In this document: piece after piece, positions 9,484 through 22,067 of the stretch
Layout of the letters: every line of letters begins with the position of its first letter
Position numbering within the stretch: the first letter of the stretch is position 1
Source of the DNA: Erysipelotrichaceae bacterium UBA2227
Lineage (GTDB): Bacteria > Bacillota_I > Bacilli_A > Erysipelotrichales > Erysipelotrichaceae
Length of the DNA stretch: 64,000 nucleotides
Assembly: GCA_002348095.1 (NCBI GenBank)
Contig: DDYT01000065.1
Location: 91,526 to 155,525, forward strand
Direction of reading: 5' to 3'
Translations under genes and position numbers: made by a program
Notes under the pieces: model-generated
What the model saw: the letters and a program-made list of their open reading frames with translations, nothing else
Told to the model about the DNA's origin: nothing
The model's database searches: none

Positions 9484-12400
9484 CTAACTGTTCTTTTTAC
9501 TTACCGTGTCTTTTGTTTTCACTAATACTTGGATGACTTCAGTCAACCACTTCGGATGTTTCTTGAATTTTAACACGATTTTCCGTTGAATATACTTTAA
9601 CTCAATATCTCTGGATACCTGATTGACAAGCGTAAACAAGGCAACTCCGTCAATCGTATCACTGAACTCCTTCGTAAATACAAGTTCAACAAAAGCGGCC
9701 TGTTCTTTGAATGACTGGATACGATCCTCGCTTAGCAGTATCTCAAGACGCTTCTTTTCAAAAAGTAAAGAAACAACTGCTGGTAAATGGCCGTAAATAT
9801 CCGAAATTTCTTCAATCAAATCATTAAGACCTCTAAGTGACCGGACAGCATCGACGCGTTTATATAAGTTTATTTTCTCGAGATCTTCCGGAGCAAAGTT
9901 TTTCGGAATATATGCATCAACTTTCACATTGACTTTCGCAAGCGGCTCAGCCTGTTGTTCGATGATGATTCCTTGCTTTTCAGCAATCGCCTTCTGCAGC
10001 ATCTCAATATACATATCAATACCTACAGTATCGATAAACCCCGACTGGTCAGGACCAAGCAAATCCCCGGCTCCGCGAATCGTTAAGTCTCTCATGGCGA
10101 TTTTATATCCGCTGCCAAGTTCAGTAAATTCCTTGATAGCTTTTAGTCGTTTTGAGGCAACTTCGGACAACTGCTTTTTGGGTTCATACATCAGATAAGC
10201 GTAGGCCAACCGATCCGAACGACCGACTCTTCCCTTAATCTGATACAACTGAGACAATCCGAATGTATCTGCACGGTCGATAATCATGGTGTTCGCATTT
10301 GGAATATCGATACCTGTTTCAATAATGGTTGTGCATACCAAGACATTACACTCATTCTCAGTAAACTGAACCATTACATTTTCAATTTCCTCGCGGTTCA
10401 TCTGACCGTGAGCCACCGCTACTTTTGCATACGGAATATCTTGCTGAAGCCGATACGCCAGCGAAAAAATCTGCTCTACATTGTTGAAGAGGTAGAATAT
10501 CTGGCCTCCCCTTGCCAGTTCCCGTTCTATGATCTCCTTGATCAGATTTCGGTTTTTTTCTACGATGTAAGTTTGCACAGGCAATCGATTTGAAGGTGGT
10601 GTATTGAGTTGAGAAAGTGAGCGAAGTCCGATCAGTGACATTTGAAGTGTGCGAGGAATTGGGGTCGCGCTTAATGAGAGCACATCGATAGAATTACGGA
10701 GTTCTTTTATGATTTCTTTGTGTTCAACACCAAACCTTTGTTCCTCATCGATGATTAAAAACCCCAAATCGTTAAATTTTACATCTTTTGATAAAATTCG
10801 GTGAGTCCCTATCAGAATATCGATTTTGCCGGATGCGACATCATGCAAGATTTCCTTTTGCTTACTTTCAATCACAAAGCGGTTGAGTACTGCAATATTT
10901 ACCGGATAATTTTTGAATCTTTTCAAGAATGTCTGGTAATGTTGTCGCGAAAGTACAGTTGTCGGACATAGAAAAGCTACTTGCTTGTTTTCACTGACTG
11001 CCTTAAACGCAGCTCGAATAGCAACTTCCGTTTTTCCAAATCCAACATCCCCACAAAGCAGTCTGTCCATCGGTTTTGCTTTTTGCATATCTTCTTTGAT
11101 TTCTGCAAGTGCCTGCTTCTGATCTTCAGTTAAGTCATGTTCAAACTCACTCTCAAATTCCCTTTGAAATTCTGAGTCTTCTTGGTATGCATATCCGATT
11201 TGCTCGCTTCTTGAAGCATATAAACTGATAAGTCGTTCTGCCAAATCCTCGATATTCTCAGATAATCTCTTTTTTGTTTTTACCCACTCACTCGTTCCAA
11301 GTTTGTTAAGTTTAGGAGAAGCGCCTTCTCCCGAGACAAATTTACGGACGAGTCTGAACTGTTCCAAAGGAACATATAAAACATCGTCTCCCCGATAAGC
11401 GATATGTAAAAAATCTTTATGAACGCCATCGATCAACTGGGTGGTAAGTCCCAAATACTTCCCGATCCCGTGTTGCTGATGAACGACATAATCACCTTGG
11501 GATAGTTCATCATAATTGTTGAGAACTTCAGCTTCTTTAAACTTATTGACAAAGCGTCCCAGCCTTACGGTCGAGGAAAACAACTCTCTCGATGTATAAA
11601 CGACTATGTTTTCGTTAATAAGTTCAAATCCTTCATCATACTGGCCATGAATGACCGTAATCCCACGGTGAATCAGGTTTCCGTCAGACATCTGATACGG
11701 AATGTTTTGTTCAATCATTTGATCGATAACGATCCGGATTTCACTTTCAGGTAAAATCAAAACAACATCCGTCGTTTCCGACTGCTGTTTCAATTTTTGA
11801 ACGAGCAACGTCAAAGGCTGGTTCATTTTACTTAGGGCATGCCAAGAAACTCTGACTTCGTTTTTTACATCATACTGATGAATGTACAACGGGTATTTGG
11901 GAGCAAAAATGGTCATTGCATCAAAAAAGACATCAAAAAATGGTACTGCCCGATGATCTTGTGCTAATTCTTGAATATACTCAACGGTATCATTGATAAT
12001 GTGATGCTGTTGTTGTAATACTTCCTCAATACTTGACACAATGACTTTAGACTCGCGTAAATCCAAAAGACTTCCGACTTCTTCCGACATTGCCATATAA
12101 CGATACAGTCTCGGTTCCCGGATATTCTTTTTGATATAAGACAGATCATTCTCAATGTTTTCTGCCAGCGCAGCAAATTCAAGAGTGTCACGATGGTTCG
12201 ATGCCCCTCTCATTCTATTCTCGATCTTGCTTTCTATTTGTCGAATGGATTCCTCAGTAAATATGATATCGGTTGCAAAGGGAATCTGGATTTTTTGAAT
12301 TGTTTCGATTGTCCTTTGTGAATGAGTATCAAAGTAACGAATACTCTCAATTTCTGTATCGAAGAACTCAATACGTATCGGCTGATCATAACTGATAGCA

Positions 12401-12936
12401 AATACATCGATAATACCGCCTCTTTGAGCGAATGTCAGCGGTTGGTCAACCCGATGAGTCTGCGAATAGCCCATCGCTTTTAGTTTGTTGATGATGATCT
12501 CCGGCGCCTTGTTTTCCCCTTGTTTCAACTCGATCATTAGTGAAGTCAGCACATTTTTTGTCGGAATCTTCCTGATAACTGCTGCTGTATGCGTGAAACA
12601 CAAGGGGTTTTCCACAGTCAGCAACTTCATCATAGCTTCCATTTTAAGCGTGTGCATTTCCGGAGATGAAGCAATGGCTTCTACTCTCAATGATTCTTCT
12701 TGAGGATACAAGAAAACCTGCGGTGCATGATTAAGCAAAGCAGCAACTTTTTCAAATAACATCTGTGCCTGATACAGATTGGGTTTAACGATGATCGTCG
12801 GTTGCGGACATTTTTGATATGCAGACGCAATTAAAAGAGCTTCCTGCGCTAAAGATATATTGGCAAATCGTTCTTCACCTTGAAGATAGATCTCAATCGC
12901 TGTCTGATTGCTTATTCGTTGGAGTATGGCTTCCAT
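9484..12936 (-). CDS. mfd: Transcription-repair coupling factor
   Basis: UvrB-homology [47 protein letters not shown] and QIKGRVGR. Confidence 0.97.
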   Translation of the reverse strand: MEAILQRISNQTAIEIYLQGEERFANISLAQEALLIASAYQKCPQPTIIVKPNLYQAQMLFEKVAALLNHAPQVFLYPQEESLRVEAIASSPEMHTLKMEAMMKLLTVENPLCFTHTAAVIRKIPTKNVLTSLMIELKQGENKAPEIIINKLKAMGYSQTHRVDQPLTFAQRGGIIDVFAISYDQPIRIEFFDTEIESIRYFDTHSQRTIETIQKIQIPFATDIIFTEESIRQIESKIENRMRGASNHRDTLEFAALAENIENDLSYIKKNIREPRLYRYMAMSEEVGSLLDLRESKVIVSSIEEVLQQQHHIINDTVEYIQELAQDHRAVPFFDVFFDAMTIFAPKYPLYIHQYDVKNEVRVSWHALSKMNQPLTLLVQKLKQQSETTDVVLILPESEIRIVIDQMIEQNIPYQMSDGNLIHRGITVIHGQYDEGFELINENIVVYTSRELFSSTVRLGRFVNKFKEAEVLNNYDELSQGDYVVHQQHGIGKYLGLTTQLIDGVHKDFLHIAYRGDDVLYVPLEQFRLVRKFVSGEGASPKLNKLGTSEWVKTKKRLSENIEDLAERLISLYASRSEQIGYAYQEDSEFQREFESEFEHDLTEDQKQALAEIKEDMQKAKPMDRLLCGDVGFGKTEVAIRAAFKAVSENKQVAFLCPTTVLSRQHYQTFLKRFKNYPVNIAVLNRFVIESKQKEILHDVASGKIDILIGTHRILSKDVKFNDLGFLIIDEEQRFGVEHKEIIKELRNSIDVLSLSATPIPRTLQMSLIGLRSLSQLNTPPSNRLPVQTYIVEKNRNLIKEIIERELARGGQIFYLFNNVEQIFSLAYRLQQDIPYAKVAVAHGQMNREEIENVMVQFTENECNVLVCTTIIETGIDIPNANTMIIDRADTFGLSQLYQIKGRVGRSDRLAYAYLMYEPKKQLSEVASKRLKAIKEFTELGSGYKIAMRDLTIRGAGDLLGPDQSGFIDTVGIDMYIEMLQKAIAEKQGIIIEQQAEPLAKVNVKVDAYIPKNFAPEDLEKINLYKRVDAVRSLRGLNDLIEEISDIYGHLPAVVSLLFEKKRLEILLSEDRIQSFKEQAAFVELVFTKEFSDTIDGVALFTLVNQVSRDIELKYIQRKIVLKFKKHPKWLTEVIQVLVKTKDTVSKKNS

Positions 12937-13498
12937 TGCTTTTCCCGTTGTTGCGATCGATCGCTTCTTTTAGCCCGCCTTTAATAAACAGCAATGCTGT
13001 TTCGGCCGCTTCATTTATACTTGAATTATAAAGATCTCTGTTTTCAGGTTCTACTTTCCCTAGCACATAATGTACTGTATCAATCAAAGGATTCTTTCCG
13101 ATGCCGACTCGTAACCGCGGTATATTCATGTCATTTAAGTGATCGATAATGCTTTTCAGTCCTTTTTGACCACCGGCACTCCCGCTGGCCCGAATTCGGA
13201 TCTTTCCTACGGGTAAATCCAGGTCGTCACTTATGACTAAGATATCTTCATGTTTGATTTTGAAAAACCGAACCGCAGCGCTGACCGCTTCCCCGGATAA
13301 GTTCATGTATGTTTGAGGTTTTAAAAGCATCACTTGCTCATTGTTGTAAACGACGACCGCATACTGAGAATGAAATTTCGACTGAAGGAACTGCGTATTG
13401 AGTTTTTCCGCAAGTTTTTCAATGACTAAAAACCCGGTATTATGTCGGGTTTGTTCGTATTTTTTGCCTGGATTTCCTAATCCGACGATAAGTTTCAT
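12893..13498 (-). CDS. pth: Peptidyl-tRNA hydrolase
   Basis: MKLIVGLGNPG, TRHNTGF and KPQTYMNLSG. Start at ATG 13498; the 3' end overlaps the mfd start. Confidence 0.95.
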   Translation of the reverse strand: MKLIVGLGNPGKKYEQTRHNTGFLVIEKLAEKLNTQFLQSKFHSQYAVVVYNNEQVMLLKPQTYMNLSGEAVSAAVRFFKIKHEDILVISDDLDLPVGKIRIRASGSAGGQKGLKSIIDHLNDMNIPRLRVGIGKNPLIDTVHYVLGKVEPENRDLYNSSINEAAETALLFIKGGLKEAIDRNNGKSNGSHTPTNKQSDSD

Positions 13499-13563
13499 GA
13501 CTTCACCTTCGTTTCTATTATACACATGTTTTTCGAAGAAAAAACTTTTCCTTGAAGGAAAAG

Positions 13564-14178
13564 TCAGTTTTTGCTTTTATCGAATATGATGCGCAATCGG
13601 CGATGATTGCCATCCCCTTCGCTCTCTGTACGGATGTTTTTCATTTCCGAAAGCATCTGGTGGATTACTTTTCTTTCGTCATTGGGCATCGGGTCTAGGA
13701 CTGCACTTATCTTTGTGCGTTGTACTGTTCTTGCAATTCTCGTTGCCATCGCTTTGACCTTATCATAGCGGTCGTTTTTATAGTTATTGATATCGATCAG
13801 TACTTGAAAGCGGCGCTTGAAGAAAGAATTTACAGCTCCTCGAACGACCGTATTTATCGCCTGAAGTGTTTGTCCGCCTCTGCCAATCAGTATTGCGTTG
13901 TTTTCAGCATTAATCATCACCTTAAATGCTTCATTCTGGCGTTCAACAGTAACCTCAATGGATTGTTCAAAGTTTTTAAAGAACGTTTCCAAGTATGTTT
14001 TGAGAAAATCGCTTACATCGTTTAAGCAGTAAATTTCCGCAGTGACTTGGGCACCAAAACCTAAGAATCCCTGTTTCTCTTCAAGAACGTAGTACGTAAG
14101 TTCATCTACCCGTACACCTTTTTCCTTAGCGACTTTATCAAGCAATTCCTCTAAGTTTTTCCCGGTATACTTTTTCAT
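13564..14178 (-). CDS. jag: Jag/EloR/KhpB RNA-binding protein (Jag_N, KH, R3H)
   Basis: GFLGFG, LIGRGGQTLQA, ERKVIH and TESEG; follows yidC. Confidence 0.92.
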   Translation of the reverse strand: MKKYTGKNLEELLDKVAKEKGVRVDELTYYVLEEKQGFLGFGAQVTAEIYCLNDVSDFLKTYLETFFKNFEQSIEVTVERQNEAFKVMINAENNAILIGRGGQTLQAINTVVRGAVNSFFKRRFQVLIDINNYKNDRYDKVKAMATRIARTVQRTKISAVLDPMPNDERKVIHQMLSEMKNIRTESEGDGNHRRLRIIFDKSKN

Positions 14179-14180
14179 AG

Positions 14181-15050
14181 TTATTTCGCTCCTGCCGGAG
14201 TATCAATATACTTCCATTGAATAAATAATGTTTGAACGACTTGGGCAAATGCGCTTACCAACCAGTACAATGACATTGCGGTAGGCCAGTTAATAGAAAT
14301 AACCATAATCATCGCAAACATACCGTACATCATACCTTTTTGGTTGTTTGGTGCCGGTTTTTCATTTGGACGCTTCTTGGCTGCCTTTTTGGCCAGATGC
14401 TGAGGAAGCATCATCGATGCAAACTGGAAAGCTCCCATCAACAAGAAAATGATGATGTAGATGAAATTCATTTCGAGAAACCCAGTCATCGGTGTAACTT
14501 TTAAACTAGCTCCAAATAATGTTCCGTTAAGAACGGCTTCTGAACGCTGAACAGCTTGCCACATTGCCAAAATGATGGGCAGCTGAATGAAGGTTACCAA
14601 AATCGTGCCTAATGGATTGATGTTATGTTTGCTGTAAAGGGCCTGCATTTCCTGTCCCATTGCCAAACGTGACTGATCATCTTTCTTACCTTCATACTTC
14701 TTCTGAATTTTATTGAGTTCAGGTTGGATGACTTGCATTTTTTGAGTAGCTACGGTCGACTTGATGGTAAATGTCAATGTCAGCAGTTTGATGAAAACCG
14801 TCACAATCGCAATTGCCAGAGCAATTCCTAAAAACGGTTGTAAAAAATTGATGGCTTTTGCCAGCGGGAATACAAACAATGCGGAAAACCAGCTTTCATT
14901 CGCCCATATTTCAGCCAGTGTCGTCGTCGATGAGATAATTTTGTCCGGTAATACGTTACCATCCTTATCTAGAACACTGGTACAGCCGCTTAAGAATAAA
15001 AGCAGCGTTCCGGCACCGATAAGGGTCTTGTGTTTTTTAAATACGTTCAT
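14181..15050 (-). CDS. yidC: Membrane protein insertase YidC
   Basis: Lipobox LSGC, KMQVIQPEL, LYSKHNINPL, IQLPI and LYWLVS. Confidence 0.93.
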   Translation of the reverse strand: MNVFKKHKTLIGAGTLLLFLSGCTSVLDKDGNVLPDKIISSTTTLAEIWANESWFSALFVFPLAKAINFLQPFLGIALAIAIVTVFIKLLTLTFTIKSTVATQKMQVIQPELNKIQKKYEGKKDDQSRLAMGQEMQALYSKHNINPLGTILVTFIQLPIILAMWQAVQRSEAVLNGTLFGASLKVTPMTGFLEMNFIYIIIFLLMGAFQFASMMLPQHLAKKAAKKRPNEKPAPNNQKGMMYGMFAMIMVISINWPTAMSLYWLVSAFAQVVQTLFIQWKYIDTPAGAK

Positions 15051-15408
15051 CTTTAATCTCCTTCATAGATTGTGCGTCATAGTATATTTTAATCTTTTTT
15101 AACAATGTTTCCAACTCTTTTTTATTCTCGTTGTAACTTTGCACAAGATAGCCGCCACGAATAATACAAATCACATCAAATTCTTCTTCAAAAGTCATCA
15201 ATTGCTGAAACATCATCCGACACTGTCTTTTGATCTTGTTCCTGACGACCGCATTACCCAATTTCTTCGAAACCGTGATGCCGACACGAGAATGTGTGTC
15301 AGATCGTTTCACATGATAAAGGACAAAGCACTTGTTTGTAAAAAAGTGTCGTTTGCCAATGATCGATTGAAACTCACGAGCATTCTTGATGCGAAGAGAT
15401 TTTCTCAT
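15037..15408 (-). CDS. rnpA: Ribonuclease P protein component
   Basis: RVGITVSKKLGNAVVRNKIKR (RNR motif). Confidence 0.95.
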   Translation of the reverse strand: MRKSLRIKNAREFQSIIGKRHFFTNKCFVLYHVKRSDTHSRVGITVSKKLGNAVVRNKIKRQCRMMFQQLMTFEEEFDVICIIRGGYLVQSYNENKKELETLLKKIKIYYDAQSMKEIKDERI

Positions 15409-15415
15409 AAAACTT

Positions 15416-15443
15416 AAAAAAAGTCACCCGAAGGTGACTTTTT
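15416..15443 (-). terminator. Terminator/attenuator hairpin between rpmH and rnpA
   Basis: AAAAGTCACC/GGTGACTTTT perfect stem with a short loop and U7 on the minus strand. Confidence 0.75.
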
Positions 15444-15576
15444 ACGCCGACAAGATCTTTCTGCCTTTTGCGCGACGACGGGCCAACACTTTGCGACCTC
15501 CGACCGTTTTCATACGGGCTCTGAAACCGTGGACCTTTTGGTGTTTTCTTTTGCTCGGTTGATAAGTTCTTTTCAC
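15442..15576 (-). CDS. rpmH: 50S ribosomal protein L34
   Basis: Not in the ORF track. GTG start, [52 protein letters not shown]. Confidence 0.97.
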   Translation of the reverse strand: MKRTYQPSKRKHQKVHGFRARMKTVGGRKVLARRRAKGRKILSA

Positions 15577-15623
15577 AAGAGCCACCTCCAGTTCTTTATA
15601 CAATATTGAGCAATTGCTAGTAG

Positions 15624-15652
15624 ATTATACATAATTCTCAGGTATAAGTCAA
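15624..15652 (-). promoter_or_regulatory. SigA promoter of rpmH
   Basis: TTGACT-17 nt-TATAAT on the minus strand. Confidence 0.8.
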
Positions 15653-15729
15653 CAAAAGCATGACATTATCCAAGTCGATCCCGCATCATGTATCACTCAT
15701 CATATGAAATGTAAAAACATGAATCATTT

Positions 15730-16095
15730 TCAATGTTGTGAATAAGTGTTTTTCCACATTATTTCGTGTTGATTATAATGCAATTTTACACACTATTTTC
15801 AACACTTTGATATCCCGTTTAATAAACATTTGTTAATTATGTTGAAAGCATTAAAATATCTACTTAAAAAGCCTGTTTATTATGTGGATATTATGTTGAA
15901 AACCCAATATCGGCATTCGAAATATTCACAAAAGCAACAGATTTAAAATCCACAAGGAGTTTCTCACACATTATCAACAAAATGCAATTTGTTTAATATT
16001 GTGGGAAACTGTGATTTACGCTTTAAAATGGGAAGTTTCTGCATTTTTGTGTGTGGAGAAAATTGTTTCATAAAAATTGACTGTGGAAATCCCTC
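15730..16095. other. oriC: oriC, upstream DnaA-box cluster (rpmH-dnaA intergenic)
   Basis: AT-rich, with about 10 DnaA-box-like 9-mers: TGTGAATAA 15737, TTTTCCACA 15750, TGTGGATAT 15883, ATATTCACA 15922, AAATCCACA 15946, TTATCAACA 15971, TGTGGGAAA 16000, TGTGGAGAA 16052, TGTGGAAAT 16082. Gene orientation flips here. Confidence 0.88.
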
Positions 16096-16142
16096 GATTA
16101 TTTATGTAAAATGAGTACACACAGAAGGGTTTGGTAGGGGTT

Positions 16143-17498
16143 ATGACGTATGTTGAGACATATCTGGAAGACATCTGGAGCAAAACTAAACAATACATGA
16201 AAAGCAGTGGTTATATTGATGCCATTGTTTATGATACTTACTTTGATGAATCCTCACTTAAGGATCTCTCTGAAAGTAAGGCTGTGATCGTTGTTCCGAC
16301 ACAAATTCAAAAGGTTATCTTGATGCAGGAGACCGTTTTTATCACGTCTTCTCTTAAGACTGTTTTGGATAAGGATGTCGATTGTGATATTTATACGCAG
16401 CATGAGTTTACCAAACGACCTTCATCAATGGTTATCAACCCAAATACGCTTGATAAATCGGATGATGATGGTGTTTTATCCTTTTACACATTTGATAATT
16501 TTGTTGTTGGGCCCAGTAATAAAGAATCTCATTCCGCTGCATTGGCTTGTGCTTATAATCCTGGGAAATTCTATAATCCTCTTTTTATATTTGGAAACTC
16601 CGGACTGGGAAAAACACACTTATTGAATGCAATCGGGAATTATGTTAAGAGAAATTATCCTGAAAAGCGCGTTTTGTATACTTCCGGAGCTGATTTTGTC
16701 ACTCGTGTCGTATCTTCTATTAAAGATAATTCGATTGAAGAGTTTAAACTGGATATGCAGATGGTTGATGTATTGTTGATGGATGACATCCAATTTTTAG
16801 CCGGAAAAGAGAAATCTCACGAGATTTTCTTCTATATTTTTAATGATTTAGTCAATAACCGCCGTCAAATCGTATTAACATCCGACAGACACCCACAAGA
16901 TATTAAGGGTTTAGAGGAGCGATTGATCAGTCGTTTTTCATCAGGTTTGTCAGTAGGTGTCGATTCGCCTGAATTTGAGACCTCTATGGCGATTTTAAAG
17001 AAGAAAATGGAGTATCAAAGTGTTGATCCGACCTTTATTGACGATGATGTGCTTGCCTATATAGCAACTAATTTTTCAAAAGACGTCAGAAAATTGGAAG
17101 GTGCTTTAAACCGCTTGCTTTTTTATTCGATTAATTTTTCAAACAGTGGCAGAATAGACTTCAAAACCGCTGTCAGTGCATTTAAAGGACAATCTGCCGT
17201 CAGTGACAAAAACGAATTGTCAGCTAATAAGATCAAACGTGTGGTTGCTGATTACTACGGGTTGACCAAACAACAGCTTATTTCTAAATCGAGAACTAAA
17301 AACATTGCAAATGCGCGACACATCGCAATGTATTTGTGCAGAAAACACCTTGATTTACCCTTTATAAAGATTGGTGAAGAGTTTGGTAAACGTGATCATT
17401 CAACGGTGATTAGTTCCTGTGACAAAGTTGATAAACAGTGTAAGAGCGATGAAGTATTTCTGGTTGCAATCAAAGAAATCGAGAGGTTGTTAATTTAG
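16143..17498 (+). CDS. dnaA: Chromosomal replication initiator DnaA
   Basis: YTFDNFVVG, YNPLFIFGNSGLGKTHL, DDIQFL and RDHSTV. ATG at 16143 preferred over TTG at 16131. Confidence 0.98.
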   Translation: MTYVETYLEDIWSKTKQYMKSSGYIDAIVYDTYFDESSLKDLSESKAVIVVPTQIQKVILMQETVFITSSLKTVLDKDVDCDIYTQHEFTKRPSSMVINPNTLDKSDDDGVLSFYTFDNFVVGPSNKESHSAALACAYNPGKFYNPLFIFGNSGLGKTHLLNAIGNYVKRNYPEKRVLYTSGADFVTRVVSSIKDNSIEEFKLDMQMVDVLLMDDIQFLAGKEKSHEIFFYIFNDLVNNRRQIVLTSDRHPQDIKGLEERLISRFSSGLSVGVDSPEFETSMAILKKKMEYQSVDPTFIDDDVLAYIATNFSKDVRKLEGALNRLLFYSINFSNSGRIDFKTAVSAFKGQSAVSDKNELSANKIKRVVADYYGLTKQQLISKSRTKNIANARHIAMYLCRKHLDLPFIKIGEEFGKRDHSTVISSCDKVDKQCKSDEVFLVAIKEIERLLI

Positions 17499-17615
17499 TT
17501 ATCAACAAATTTAAACTCTTTATTTTAACAGGAAAAAGTGGTAAAATAGTATAGTAAATAATAGGCTTTTTGGATTTTATCAACATTTCCACGGGCTTAA
17601 TTATAATTATCTTGA
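17499..17615. other. oriC: oriC unwinding region (dnaA-dnaN intergenic)
   Basis: TTATCAACA at 17499, then TTATCAACA-TTTCCACG-GGC followed by an AT-rich trinucleotide tract (17577-17612), matching the Bacillus basal unwinding layout. Confidence 0.78.
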
Positions 17616-17639
17616 AGAAGATAACAGGAGGTCAACAAC

Positions 17640-18761
17640 ATGGATTTCAGAATTTCTAAGAGAGCTTTCTACAATGCTTTGTCTGCAGTTGCAAGAGCTA
17701 TCTCTGCGAATTCGCCATTGCCGTCATTATCAGGAATTAAGATCGAAGTTTCCCATGAAGAAATCGTTCTGACTGGCAGCGATTCGGAAATTTCAATTCA
17801 AAAGCGTTTACTTAAAGGATTGGATGATTTTTTATTGGATATAAAAGAACCCGGATCCATTGTTATCGAAGCAAAATATATCTTGGAAATCGTCCGGAAA
17901 ATTGATGCTGATGAAATCCATGTTGAAATAATCGACGGTTCATTGACAAGAATCAGCGGACATTCAGCTGAGTTTAATATCAATGGTATGAAAGCTGTTG
18001 ATTATCCGATGATTGATTTTTCAAAACCGCAGAAGCAATTCTCAATCGATGCGGATGTATTGGCGAAAGTCATTAACCAGACAGCATTTGCAACAAGTGA
18101 CAAAGAAACCCGTCCGGTGTTGACAGGGGTAAACTTTAAAGCAGAAGGCAATCGTCTTGAATGTGTGGCAACGGACAGTTACAGATTGGCTCGAAAGATC
18201 ATTTCTTTGGATGAATCGAACCATTTCAATATTACAATACCTTCAAAAGCACTGAGCGAAATCGTTAAAACGATTGAAAGAGACAGCCGGGTGCTTGTTT
18301 GTGTATCTGATAAAAAGGCGCAGTTTTGGATCGATCATACCGTGATTCAAACCCGCTTGATTGACGGCGTGTATCCGGAAACCGGTCGTTTGATTCCAAC
18401 AGAATTTCTCTATGAACTGACTGTGGATACCAGGGACATGCTCAATGCTATTGACCGTGCATCATTCATTAAGAGCGAAGGGATTTCAATTATAAAACTT
18501 TCTGCTTCTGAAAAAGAAATTGTAATTTCCAGTAAATCGCAGGAAGTCGGTTCTTCGACCGAGAAACTTACAGCAATTCAATACAAGGGTAAACCGTTAG
18601 AAATTTCATTTAGCGGTCGGTATGTATTTGATGCAATTCGAGTACTTAACGGTCCGATTGTCAAAATTGAGTTCTGTGGTGAGATGAAACCGTTTATCAT
18701 ACGGAACATGGATGATGATTCGGTATTACAGTTGGTCTTACCGGTAAGAACATACTCCTAA
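17640..18761 (+). CDS. dnaN: DNA polymerase III beta clamp
   Basis: ETRPVLTGV, VATDSYRLA, RLIDGVYP and LQLVLPVR. Confidence 0.97.
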   Translation: MDFRISKRAFYNALSAVARAISANSPLPSLSGIKIEVSHEEIVLTGSDSEISIQKRLLKGLDDFLLDIKEPGSIVIEAKYILEIVRKIDADEIHVEIIDGSLTRISGHSAEFNINGMKAVDYPMIDFSKPQKQFSIDADVLAKVINQTAFATSDKETRPVLTGVNFKAEGNRLECVATDSYRLARKIISLDESNHFNITIPSKALSEIVKTIERDSRVLVCVSDKKAQFWIDHTVIQTRLIDGVYPETGRLIPTEFLYELTVDTRDMLNAIDRASFIKSEGISIIKLSASEKEIVISSKSQEVGSSTEKLTAIQYKGKPLEISFSGRYVFDAIRVLNGPIVKIEFCGEMKPFIIRNMDDDSVLQLVLPVRTYS

Positions 18762-18764
18762 AAG

Positions 18765-18791
18765 TGAAAAGGCCCTTAGGGGCCGTTTTCA
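18765..18791 (+). terminator. Hairpin/terminator after dnaN
   Basis: TGAAAA-GGCCC/GGGCC-GTTTTCA inverted repeat. Confidence 0.55.
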
Positions 18792-18831
18792 TGAGAGGAT
18801 GTCACATCTTCGGTTGGAAAGAAGGTTGTTT

Positions 18832-19031
18832 ATGGTCAAAATAGATACCGAATATATCACACTGGGTCAGTTACTTAAAATGACAGATTGTATAAGTTCT
18901 GGCGCACAGGCAAAATTTGCGGTGAAAGAGCTTAGGATTTTTGTTAATGGCGAGAAAGAAGACCGCAGAGGCAGAAAATTATATCCTGGTGACGTCGTCA
19001 ATGTTGAAAAGATGACATTCAAGGTCGAAAA

Positions 19032-19035
<4 letters not shown>
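18832..19035 (+). CDS. yaaA: S4-domain protein YaaA
   Basis: EYITLGQLLK, SGAQAK and VNGEKEDRRGRKLYPGD; between dnaN and recF. Confidence 0.92.
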
Positions 19036-22054
<3,019 letters not shown>

Positions 22055-22067
22055 AAGGAGGTAAATC

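Noticed and set aside
15305..15320. parS-like CGTTTCACATGATAAA inside rnpA
   Set aside because: Four mismatches to the consensus, including the central CACGTG.
16016..16198. 60-aa minus-strand ORF overlapping the dnaA start and DnaA boxes
   Set aside because: No RBS or recognisable motif; antisense to dnaA within origin DNA.
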